From Raillietiella orientalis (Eukaryota): DNA of 64,000 nt. The DNA is taken from contig JAYWIR010000016.1 of NCBI GenBank assembly GCA_036172245.1, forward strand, positions 3,906,001-3,970,000. The letters are read 5' to 3'. The position numbers and the translations under genes are program-made. The notes beneath the pieces are model-generated. The model was not told the DNA's origin. It saw nothing but the letters and a program-made list of their open reading frames with translations, and did no database searches. Positions 35,190 through 46,600 of this stretch are shown here, one piece after another. Positions within the stretch are counted from its first letter, which is position 1, and every line of letters begins with the position of its first letter.

Positions 35190-36497
35190 GTCCCGAGTCC
35201 AGTTGTAGGACTCGTACGCTCCTCGTCGGGACTCATCTGCTCCGGAGCCAGAGGGCCTCGGCCTCCTGGCGCCGGAACGGATGGGAATGCTGACCCAGTC
35301 GCGATGGATAACGCCGACCATCGTGGCGAGGATCGAGGTGTGCGGCCACGCACGCCTCCTCCCCAGGTCGAACGAAGGACTCGCGTCCCTCACCTTTCGC
35401 GCTCCGGGCGACACTTGCGGACACCTCCTGGGACGAGCGGCCACCGTGGCGGGTGAAAACGGCCGGATAGCCCGCCGACCCCAGCGCCTGGCGAGAGGGA
35501 AGGGCTGGTACCTCGCGGGGCGGAGTTGGACGGGCCCGCCTGCAAATCGGCAGCCCAGCCCGCTGCTCGCTGCGGAAGACCCTGGAGAGTCCCGGCACGC
35601 GCGCGCGAGCGGGAGGAGCCGGCATCCCTTGCTGCGACGATGGCCTCCCTGAGGGAGACAGATGGCAGCAGCCGACCGGGGAGGTGGGAATTCTCCAGCG
35701 AGATCGCAGGCAGGAGGAAACAGAAAAGTGTCTGGACCCACGGGCAGTGGACCGACGCCGCGGCCCCATGTGCCCTTTCACGTGGACCTGCACGCTGGGG
35801 CGAGCTGCCGGGTATCCTTGGCGAGGAACGGAAGTGGACCTTGGCGCTGCCCCTGAGGCGGTGGCGGGAGTCGACACCCCTGCTGTTGCACTGGGATCTT
35901 CTCCACCGACACCGCTGGACGCTGGGAAGGGCGAGCCCAGACAAGTGCGGGGAACGGGAATCCCCCCTCCCTCAGCTGCTCCCGCGGTGGACCGCCGCGC
36001 TGCCCTCCAGCCCCCGTGGGAAACGTTTCGGGACGACCCTGAGACCTCCCTCGGTCGGCAGCCCCAGGGACCTCGTAGAACTCCACTTCGCAGGAGCGCC
36101 CTTCCACCAGCCACATCCTTAGCAGCTCCTTGCTGCATCCGCGGGATCGTGGCGTCCTGGAGCAGAGCGCGAGGCGAGAGGGAGGCCTCGCTTTCCGTGG
36201 ATCGCGGCCGGAGGGCCACGCCCCTGGGCGCCATGCAGGTGGCACTTGCCGGTACCCTGGAAAGGATGCGAGGAGCTCCCTTCGGGGGACTGCGGCTCCT
36301 TCCCGGCCCTCCCTATTTACCTTGCTTTTCCCCCTTGGTTTCCTCCCCCTCCGCTGCGCTGCCGGGGTGAACCTCGTCGGCGCGCGGGCCGGCGGCCCGG
36401 CAGACTCCTCGTGTAGGGACCCGTGGCGGGACACACGGAATACGCTGAATTTCCTCCCTTCCCAATGGACGGAGACCCCGGAGTGACCAGGTGAAAA
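35190..36497 (+). mobile_element. 5'-truncated Tx1-like copy, near-identical inverted twin of 27583-28880
   Basis: The reverse complement matches 27590-28700 with roughly ten differences counted by eye. Confidence 0.88.
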
Positions 36498-38178
36498 CAC
36501 AGGGATCCTCGACCCGCTGAGCTTCTGCGAAAAGAACCGGGAAGCTGGCAGTCGCGACGGAAACGCTCGCCGGACGCCCGGCTTCCTCTCCTCGCCGACG
36601 GAACGGAGGTTCACCTGACCCCGCTTCTACCTCTGTGATCACCAGGTGCTCATTGAACGCACTCCTTCGAGCCCGATCGGGGGAAAACCCTTTTCCTTGA
36701 CCGCTCCGAGACCACCTGCATTTAGGGTTCGCCCGCGTCCAAGTAGGCGCTTCTACGACGCTTAAGGGGTTCGGCACGACAACGTGGAGCCTACTTCCGA
36801 GGGCCTTCAGTGAGTCCGGAAAAAAGTAAGCAGAACCACCTGTGGAGGAAATCGCAGCCATCACGCAGGCATGGATTGGGGGAAGGGAAACGCAGCCGTA
36901 CCTGACAGAACGTCGGGATCGCGAGACTGCGTTCGTCGAAGCAGATATGTGCCAAGGGGAGTACCAGAATGAGGTCACAGGTTGAAAGGGTTGGCCCAGC
37001 TTATGCGAGCGTGCTTGTCCATGCTTCCGGAAGGGAACGGAACGTCCTTTCTTCTGGAACTCGCTAATCGACGTTACTCCATGGGAACGGGGCGACGGAC
37101 CGGAGTTTCCCCATCAAGGACTGAAAAATGGGAATAGGCTTCGGGGAAAAGGGGCCAGCTCGAGAGGAAAGCCGGACGTCGGGGGAAGTGGGACGCGGGA
37201 GGAATCGTCCCACCGGAAGGCTCGCAATGCAGCCGTGCCTTCCTCTGACCCCGAGGAGGAGGGAGAGTGGAGCACGCGCGGGGATGCGTCAGAAAGAAAC
37301 GCTTGAGCACAGTCCAGGTGGACGCGACGCGGTGACCTGATGCTAAGACAGAAGGATCCCTCCCCCACGGCAACGAAATGGTCCCTCTGCTATCCAAGGA
37401 ACATTCTCGATAGGACACTTCCTGGCGGCACTGACTACCCCGGAAGAGGTTGGTCTTCCGTCTACAGCCCCGTCTCACCCTGCCCCGCCCTTCGAGAAGG
37501 ACATCTCCGCGAGCTGATCCGTGGACCCTGCAGATGCAAGCAACGGCAGTGGACTCTGATTCTGGTTGGGGGTCCTCAGCGCACCGGTGTGCAGCAGAGT
37601 TGCAGAGAACTGGGCGTATGGTTTCCACCCGGGTACACCCGGGGCGTTTATTTTGAAAACTCTACAAAAACGTGGTATAAGGCCCCACTAACGGCCACAA
37701 CACCGGACCTGCCGGGACGCAGTCCGGCGTGACGCTCCTCGGCAGTGGAGGGGGATGAGGGAGAAAACAAAAAATAAAAATAAAAACAAAGAAAAAAACA
37801 ATAAGAGTTTGGAGGGAAGATAAGGGATCACAGTCCACTGGGAGGAGGGTCCATCCTTCGCAGTATTCCCTCGAGGTCCATCCTGTAGCTCTCCGCATGA
37901 AGCAGACCGCATACGGGATGACGTCCCTCTCGTTGGCATCCACTCCTCCGTCGCGGGTATCGCTCCAGGCTGCCACGATGCCTCGGATGCAGCAGAGTGC
38001 TGCAACGGCTGCAGCTGGCTGCAGGGCGTCCCGCAAGAAGAGAAGACGGAGAACGTCTCTGGGTTGGCTGCCCACCGGGAGTCCGAGGATCGCCCCGAAC
38101 CGTTCCCATAGGGGTCGGAGGGCAGCGCAGTCAACAAGTAATTGGGGGAGCGATTATCGCTCCCCACACCTGGCACAC

Positions 38179-39800
38179 TCAGGCCTTACACTTCCCCGCG
38201 TGCCTTACCCACCCGTTCTCCTTTGCCAGGGTGGCCATGCGTCCCAGGAGAAGTCCGCATCTTCTTATTTTCCGGCTGGGGCACAGAAGAAAAGACACGA
38301 GTCCTTCAGTCTTGGACACACGTCTGGCGAGAAGGCGGACCGGAACGCACCAAGGGGTGTTCCACATTTTCGCTGCGATGGCTAGAGTACGCCACCGCAG
38401 CTGTGTTTCCATTCGCTCCATCGTCAGGAGGCCAAGACCGCCGTCCCGACTCGGAGCGCATAAGTCCCTTAGAGGCACACGAAGCCTTCCGCTGCCCCAG
38501 AGGGCGATGCGGAGGAGGTCCTTAGTCCTCTTTTTCAACTGGGGGGGACGGGGCAAACAAAAAGCAGGGGGCGGAGGATGGAAGCCGCGAATGCGTTCCA
38601 CACCGCGGCCCGTTCCGGCAAGTGAAACTTGCCTTCCAGGAACGGGCCGATTGCCAACTCTACCTTCTGGAGACGACCTGACCAGGCTTCTGCGAGGCAG
38701 AAGTCCCCCAACGGGACACTCAGGTACTTCAGGTACCTGGCCGTGGGGATCCCCAAGCGGATCCAGTCAGGCCGTCCAACCCACGCCGCACCCACCGCTA
38801 CCACCGACGATTTCGCCTTGTTTACCTGTAGTCCAGTCCCACGGCTTAGCAGATCGAAGAAATCCTCGACTGCGGCTGCCGGGGCGGACATGGGCAACAT
38901 CAGCAGAAGATCGTCTGCGTGTGCAGCTACAGCGGGCGTGCCGGGGCACGAGCTAGGCAAGGCAGCCAAAGTCACCCTGTACGCTCTCAGCACCAACTCA
39001 AAGTAGGTGCTAAAGAGCAGGGAACTGAGGCTATCGCCCTGCCGTATGCCCCGCCGTACACTATTTGTCCACTGAAAGAGACGTTGATTAACTCATTCCG
39101 CCAGCAGGAGCGCAGGTACGAGAGTAGGGAGGGTGGGAAGCCCATGCGACCCAGGAGCTCCAGCAGGAGATCCTGGTCCACGCAGTCGAACGCCTTGTGG
39201 AGATCGACTGCGATCGCTAGGGCCCCCTTCCCCTCCATGGTGTCCCTTCCCAGCCCGGCTGGCGGCCCCAAAGTGGGGTTGCCAATCCTTGTCTCTGTTT
39301 CATTCGTACACCTCTGCACATGAAACCATGTGCTCGGGAGGAACAGGTTGGCATCCATGCTGCGCCCGGGAACAGCGTAAGTCTGTTCCGGGCTAATTAT
39401 GGATTCTGCCACCTGTCCTAAGCGCGAAGCCCACAGCCCGGCAACCAACTTGGCGTCCGTGTTCATGATCGTGATCGGACGCCAGTTCTTCAAGTCTCTG
39501 AGGTCTCCCCCTTTCGGAAGGAGCCTCATTCTGGCTGACCGAAACGAGGCGGGAACGTCGCCTTCGTCTCGGATGAGACCGGTCAACTGAAGCTCCAAGG
39601 GGGCCAGCTCTGCCGCGAAGCATTGGAAAAACTCCGCGGGCAGGCCGTCCTCCCCTGGTGCCTTACGCCTCTTGAGCCTTTTGATACCGGCGAGGATTTC
39701 GCCAGTGGTAAAAGGCTCGTCGAGGCTTGTCATCTCCTCCTCCCCTATTGCCGGGGCTCCGTCCGGGAGCAGGAGCCACGAGGCATCCCGCTCTGGGGGT
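38179..39800 (-). pseudogene. Reverse transcriptase domain of the Tx1-like ORF2, split over three ORFs
   Basis: ORFs 38987..40018, 38535..38996 and 38179..38601 carry consecutive RT and thumb motifs. Confidence 0.88.
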
Positions 39801-40160
39801 GCCCTGGCGAGAGAGAGGAATAATGACACCGCACGAGGTGCCTTATCGCGGCGGGGCCGAGCGCTCCCGACCCTGGTCGTCCAGCAAGCTGGGCGACCCG
39901 GATTGCCAGGCTTGGCGCTCTGCCCCGGCTCGATATTCGGCCAGGCGACGGACATTGGGGGTCCTCTCGCAGCGGAGGGCGTGTATATACGCCCTCTCGT
40001 TGCGAGCTTCCTCCCCAAATCCGGGAGGCAGGCGGTGCAACGGGAACTCCTCGCAGAACTCGCGGACCGAGGACTTAAAAAAGTCCCAGTCGTTGAGATT
40101 CCGGAGGGTGACGTCTCTCAGGAATTGGCGAAGGTGTTGTTTCGCACCTGAGAGTCGCGT

Positions 40161-40862
40161 TTAGTCCCCAGGCAGCCGCCACGCTTTGGATGGGGGTCCC
40201 TTGTCACGCGGGCATACCTCGATAATCAGCCGGGAATGGTCCGACAGCGTCGACGCAACTATCCCCCGTTTGCCAACCCGTGAGCACAGGTCGGCATCCA
40301 GGAAGACGTGGTCTATGCTGCAGTCCATTCCCTTAGAGTCCGCCAACAAGTTGCGCGTGCGCATGGCAGCGCACAACTCGTTGGCCGTGCGTTCTTGTGC
40401 TTCCGGCTCGCCTGACAGCAGACGGAGATTAAAGTTCCCAGCTATCAGGTGGGCCTTTCGCAGATTCGTATCGGCCAGCCAGTCTCGCTTCAGGGTTTCC
40501 AGGAACATGGTGCGTTCCCAGTACCCGTTTTTGTTGCCCGGGGCATACACATTTGTGACGATTAAGTCGATCGAGTCGAACCACCTGAGAGTCAGCTGGC
40601 CGACCCGACCGTCGTCACTAAAGCGCACGCTCTTTACGGCAGCGTCGACGGCTGGCTTTGCGAAAAACGCGACCCCATGAGTGTTGCGGGCGCCGCATTG
40701 CCAATATAGCCGACCCCCCGCGATCGTTTCGATCTCCTGGGCGTCTGCCGCGATGATCACGTGGATCTCCTGCAGCAAGGCCAGGTCGAACTCTCGCAAG
40801 GTGTCGGCCGTATCTCGTCTGTTGCCGTCGTCGCGCAGCCCGTTGACGTTCCAACAGGCCAT
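40161..40862 (-). pseudogene. APE endonuclease domain of the Tx1-like ORF2
   Basis: 233-aa ORF with APE motifs, ending prematurely before the RT domain. Confidence 0.88.
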
Positions 40863-41309
40863 GCGGATCCGACGGCGACAGGTGAGCCCAGGTGTTATTC
40901 CTGGGAAATCGGCTCTGCGGCGTCCTCCACCTGTTGGGGCGGGACGCTAGGTGGAGGAGGAGGGACAGGTGCCTCGAGCACCTGGTCTCCCTCCTCCATC
41001 GGTGACGGCGCGTCGGGCGGCTCACCCGCAGGTGGGTGCGCGCCTACCTGTTCGCCCTCCTCCATGGGGGCGGGCTGTTCAGGGTCGGCGACAGCAAGGA
41101 GGACTTCACGCCCCTGCTGACCCTCGTCCATGGGGGTGATCTGCTCGACGACTTCCGAGCATGGGAATTCCCCCTCCGGGATTTCCACGCTGCCTCTGCC
41201 TTCCGGCTTCTCCTCACTGGTGGAGGAGAGGCGCCTCCTGGACTTCTGAGACTTGCGTCCCGACTTCCTGGGGGGTGCCTCCGCGGAGGAGGATGAGCTT
41301 CACTTCGCG

Positions 41310-41665
41310 CAGTAGGGGCGTGCACTCAGGAAACGCGCTAGTTGCCATGGAACGGTGGTGGGCTCTGGGCCGCGAGTGCAGCGAGCGTGTTTGCGGCGGG
41401 CACCCTGGTGAGACGCGAGGGTGCAGAGCAGGGATCCGTGGAAACAGTCTCGGTCGATGTCCCGCGTTTTCTGGGAAATATCCAGACATTCCTCGGTGCT
41501 GGATGTACCCGCCGCGCTTGTCGCTCTCTCTTCCGGTTCGTCGCATGGAGAAGAAGGAAAATTGGTTCTTCGGTGCTACACATCCATGCGGAAGCGCATC
41601 TTGACGACGGGTGCGTGGACACTATGGAAGGGAGGGATCGCCTTCCTCAGCGGTCGACTTTCTAA
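41310..41665 (+). mobile_element. LINE C-terminal fragment, inverted copy of 3625-3985
   Basis: Reverse-complement match to 3625-3985 at high identity. The translated ORFs are nearly identical. Confidence 0.8.
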
Positions 41666-42156
41666 GGAAGACGCATGGAGTGACCCAGGAAAAAGTGGAA
41701 GAAGTTTGGGTGGAGTTGAGCCCGCCAGCTTTCGCTCCATCGTTGAATTCGATCGATTCGAGGACGGTCGGTCCCCTTGATCTGCGGGTGTGCAGACCTG
41801 AATGCCCCTCGGAGTCACTCGCCCGAGCTTCCTGGAGAGCTGCCCACTAGACCCAGGAGCTCCCTCTGGTGCGAGGAATCCGCAGCTGACCCCTCCCTCC
41901 TATATCCGAAGCTTTCGCAGGCTCGAGTCCGCTGGTTTGAGGTGGTACCTACCTGGCTGCCCGCCGATTCCAAGGCACTCCCATCTTCCTCCCAGTGGAT
42001 TCATCTGACGTTTGCTTGGGGAGGAGCCTTTGAGGAATCCCCCCCTCCCTTTTTTTTTTTTCCACGTCTCTTCCGCTCGCGGTTTTGCTGAGTCAGTGCC
42101 GAGGGCGGGATCGGCACTGCCACCTTCCCAAGCTGGGCCAAGGACCTCGAGAAGTC

Positions 42157-43070
42157 ACTCGGTGGCCGTGCAGCTGCTGCCTCCCCACGCGCGCGGCACA
42201 GGGCGTCGCGGGTTCGAATCCTGTACGGGAAAGCGCCGTCACCGAGAACGGGGTGCATGTCGCGGGTTCGAGCGCCCCTCGCAGGATGGCGCTGGTTCCG
42301 CTCAGGCACTGATGGAAGCCAGAAACCCTCGGATGTTCCCGTAGACTGTCCGGGATTAGAAGCTGACCTTCCGGGATCCTTCCAGGAATGAAGCATCCGG
42401 TTCCCTCCGGATCTTCTCCCCTTCGGTTCTCAAAATGGAATCCACCATCCCCACAGAGTGTGCGGGGAAGCCCTCCATCGCGTTTCATAGACCTGGCTGA
42501 TACATCTCCAGAGTGGCAAGGGGCGCGCTGCTCCCTTCGGAAAAATTGGGAAGCTTCTCTTCAGGGTTCTCTTCAGAGGAGGAGGAATGGAGGAGCGGGT
42601 CCTTTCCAGGGGTGCCCCCTACAACTTGGCGATTGACACGCACCTTCAGGTGGCGTGAACAGTGCGGAAGGGTTAATGGGTCCCTCCCCCCCTAGAGAGG
42701 CAAACCTAGAGACAACCAGGGTGAGGGTTCCTTTTGGGTCCCTACGAAGCGCTGGGGTTGTTTTCTCCTAAGTGGACCTCCTGGAGAGAAATGGAGGATT
42801 GAATCGGAGGAGAAATTCTAGTAGCGGATCCTTTCTGGGTTCACTTTCGGAGAAGAAACAATGGAGCGGTCCCCTCCGAGGGTCCTTCCGGACAGAATGA
42901 AGAAAGGATTTCCTTAGGGGAGTCCCTCCGGAGACAACCACAGAGACGGCGACCTCCTGGGTTCCCCTCCCAAGCGTGAGAGAAACGGACTCCCTCCTCC
43001 GGAGCCCTTCTTGGATTAGTGGGATAGTCCCCTTCCGGGGTGCCCTCGATTACTTGAAGGGTTGAAGTTG
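42157..43070 (+). repeat. SINE-like copy with duplicated B-box head, upstream of the kinesin
   Basis: CTCGGTGGCCGTGCAG...GTCGCGGGTTCGAATCC...GTCGCGGGTTCGAG. Confidence 0.78.
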
Positions 43071-43295
43071 CAGAGGATTCGTCCGCGATCGAACTGGAAT
43101 TCGACGCCTGGAGGAGGGCGGCGTTTCCTCCTACAGATCCCGGATTCTCTCTCACGGGAAGATCCAGAGAGCCTCGCAGGAGGAGGAGCTGCGGCCAGCA
43201 GCCCCTTCTCCCCTTCTTCCATCATGCCAGTGCGCACGCACCTACGCGCAGTGGGATGCAGACGATGCCTTTCCCGGGCGCATTTGTTTTCGTGT

Positions 43296-43309
43296 TTCGC
43301 CATGGCAAC
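43296..43309 (+). promoter_or_regulatory. X-box-like (RFX) motif upstream of the kinesin
   Basis: TTCGCCATGGCAAC is one mismatch from GTNRCC-N0-3-RGYAAC and lies about 250 nt before the ATG. Confidence 0.5.
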
Positions 43310-43559
43310 GGGACGAAAACCGAACGACCGATTCATGGATTTATGCAGGGAACTGTTTGAGTGGGGAGCACGCCCGCAACTTGTTTGCGCAGATGACTCG
43401 CTCAGTCGGTCGTCCGGAGCAGCCTGGGTTCGCTCGTGCTCGCTCACGTGACCGAGACGGTGGTCCGAACGCGGCGGATGGGCAGCGAGGCCGCCGGTGC
43501 TGCCACGGTCCACGGCTTCGCAGAGCAACGCACCGGTTCGCCGACGCTCCGGGGATGGG

Positions 43560-43628
43560 ATGGAATGCGTCAAAGTCATAGTGAGGTGCCGCCCTCTGAA
43601 CCAGAGGGAGGAGGACTTGGGATGTAAG
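43560..43628 (+). CDS. KIF17: Kinesin exon 1 ([23 protein letters not shown])
   Basis: Kinesin N-terminal motif, AAG/GTAAAT donor. Confidence 0.88.
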
Positions 43629-46600
43629 GTAAATCTGGACCGGTTGCGGATCCGGGACCTGCCCTCCGCGGGTGGATGAGCTGGCATCCTTGAGCATGTG
43701 CATGAGGTCCTCTTCCCGCGGGAAAACTTCCCTCGCGGCGCTGTTCTTCGTTCCCGGTTTTTGCCGCGAAAAGAGGCGCGCCTCCCCGGCACCACGGAAA
43801 CGCACGGCGCGAGAAGCCACGCACCGGCAGGAGTGGGTGCAAGAGATGAAGTGGCCCGAAGGGATCCTCCGAGCGAGTTGTTCCGGAAACCGGACACCTC
43901 GGGGGTGGTTGGAAAGAAGTGCGAGCGCGGCGTCCGCTGGATTTCCCCCGCCTCGGGGAGTCGCGGCCTTCGACCTGGAGGGAAACCCGCAGCGTCGCGA
44001 GACGGTCGCTTGGTGGCGGCGACTGACGCCTCCCGGCTTTTTGCTGCCCGTTCCCATTCGCGCTCCGACGAGCTCGCGGGGGAGCGCCTCTCTCTTCCGG
44101 AGACGACCCGGTTTTCTGGAACGTTCTGCCGGCAAGAAACTTCTTCTTCCTGAGCCGCGCATTCCCTGGCGAAGAAACTCCGCCTGGCGTTGGAGCTCTA
44201 ATCTCTTGCGAAACGCAGCGAGCGTTTTCTCTTCTCTGCCCCCTGGCGCACAGGTCAGGGGTTGGGTGGGGGGGCGCTTTTGATTCCTTCCCGTGTTCAC
44301 GAAACTTTTTATGAGGATCGAGGAGGCACCCGGGGTCGCTTGACCAAGCAAACTGTTCTCGGACCAATCGATCATTCCCGAAGCATTCTGTTTTCCATCC
44401 CGCTTTTCTGGCAAGTGATTCCTTCTGCACGAGAAGCTGCGGCCTGGAGCAACGCTGCATCTTCCTTTTTCCTTTTTTGCTCACCAGAAAAAAACATTCT
44501 TGTCGATCTCGAGGAACTGTTTTCGGTTACGGGGCTTCCGTTACCAGGAGACGCGCCCGATTCGCTGCTCCTGAAGGGGCATCCGAAACGCCACTCCGAG
44601 TGAAAGTGCATCTGTGATGGTCCATGATCCCTGCGTCCACGGCTCGCAGACGTTCCCAGTTTTTTGACCAGACGTCATGCATCACAACGACGTGCTAAAA
44701 TAAAAATAAAATAAAATAAAGCGGGAGTGGTCGATCGTTCAAGGACCCCAAGTGCACCCTCAAAACTTCCTCTGTTCTGCTCCCAAAAGAGCGCTTCCTT
44801 TCGTGAAGCAAAAACAAAAAACAAAAATGAGAGCTATGCGTCTCCCGTCGAACGACCCTCTGCCTCCCGGAGATGAATCCGTCCCCCCCCCCCTCTCTCC
44901 TCCTCCGCGCTCTGTCCCTCTGGATCTCGGCGTTGTCCTTCCGGGAGGCGTTCGACCCGGAAATCCAAACGACGGCTCGCTGCCCGCCCGAACCGCCGCC
45001 GCGCAGAACCCGTAGGGCGCCGCCATCTACTTCCAACCTCGGGAGCTCCGAGCTGAAGCCGCCTCCACCTTTCCAGTGCATTCTGTCCACCGACGAGTCC
45101 CTGCTGCAGTGCAGCGTGGTGAACCTCAGAGAAGAAGGAGCCACGCCCAAAAAGTTCACGTTCGATGGGGTGTACTGCATGGACTCGACTGCCGACAAAA
45201 TCTACACGGACGTGGTGTACTCCCTCGTCGAGGTAAGCGAAAACACGCGCACACGCTAAATAAATAAAAAACGGAGGGGGTGGGGTGGGGGAGGAATGGA
45301 AAAGAGTGCGGGCCTCGCTGCCCGCCCTGCAGACGGTGGCGCGCGAGCGTACCGAAAGGCGCGGCGGCGTCTTTCCCTCCGCCCGACCACCCCTGCGGCG
45401 CGGGTTGGGACTCGCAGCAGCTCTCGAAGCGTCAGGCCGTGAGGCTGGCTCCTCCGGAGCTGCGAAACCCGCCGCCCGCGTTGGTCTGCGCGCCACTCGC
45501 GAGCCAGCGGGGGGGGGGGGGTTCGACCCGTGCACGGAGACGCGGGGAGCCGCTGGCGCACGCCCGCGATTGACGGCCGTGCGGCTGCGGCGCCGAGCGT
45601 TGCGGGTTCAAATCCGCCCGTGCAAAGGGTCGAAGCCGAGAATGCGGGAGGGAACGCGTCATGGGTTTCCGAGTTCACCCAGCAAGTCTCTGGTTGGCGC
45701 CTGCGCGACGGAGAACCGACGCGTCCCTGCTGACTAGCCAGAATCGGGAGCCGACCACTGCCCACGTCGTGCGCCACGTGGTCACGGTCTGCGCGCTTGG
45801 CACCACCAGGCGTCGCGGGCTCGAACACTCGGAAAGAATCGGCGCCGAGAGTTGGGGGGGAGGGGGTGCGTCGCAGGTTCGAGTTTCTCCCGAGAGATGA
45901 CGCTGCCCGGCCTCTGTTCATTAGGCCGCAGAGAGCCGGTAGCGGTTCAAACAGGATGCTCCCAATGAGTGGCCGGGATTGGGAGTCGACCCTCTGGGTC
46001 CTTCGAGGAAACAGAATCAAGGAGTGTGAGTTCCCTTCCGGTTGTGCAAAGGAACCGTCCCTCCCTTCTCGTGGAGGGGGGGCCCTTTGTCTCGTACATT
46101 GGATTGACGATGCCTCTCCAGAGAGTGCAAGGAAGCGAGCCGCTCCCTTTGGGGAGCGCCCATCTCAGAAATTTCGGACTCATCCCTTTGGGGTTCTCTT
46201 TGGAGGAGGAAGCAGGAGCGGTTCCCTTGCGGGTTCTCTCCGGATCGAATTAAGGAGGAGATTCCCTTCGGGGTTCCTTTCGGAGACGACCAGGGTGGAG
46301 GGTTCCCTTCGGATATCCCTCCCCAGGCGCGAGAGGAACGGACTCCCCTTCTCCGGAGCCCTTCCCGGATTCATGGGGTGGCCTCCCCCTCTGCGGGGTA
46401 CGATGTACCTTGAGGAACTCTTTGGCTCCTTCAAGGGAGCCACGTAGCTTCGGGTCTCCCCTCTAGTTCGTGCCGTGGAGTCGACCCCTTCGACAAGGCC
46501 AGCAGCGCCAAACCGGCACCACTGCACGTGGTTTGGGGCGCGTGCGCGCGACGCGAAAACCATGACTGCCGGTTCACCTTTCGGTTTGGAGTCGGAGGTC

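Larger units (their letters stand above)
37622..41300 (-). mobile_element. L1/Tx1-type non-LTR retrotransposon, near-complete ORF2 plus end of ORF1, frameshifted
   Basis: APE domain at 40161-40862 (WNVNGL, LLQE, NVYAP, IDHVF, SDH). RT motifs KAPGEDGLPAEF, WRPITIMNTDAK, DLHKAFDCV, a frameshifted GIRQGDSLS and HADD. Also LCAPSRDGGLGL, a T-rich 3' UTR and an E/P-rich ORF1 tail at 40895-41300. Confidence 0.92.

Noticed and set aside
37560..37625. Sequence-specific target site for the Tx1-like family
   Set aside because: The 3' flanks of the six termini show no shared sequence beyond a few nucleotides.
42157..42280. Functional tRNA gene
   Set aside because: Only A/B-box-like parts are present, with no cloverleaf or acceptor stem. 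It is always fused to the repeat body, so it is treated as a SINE head.
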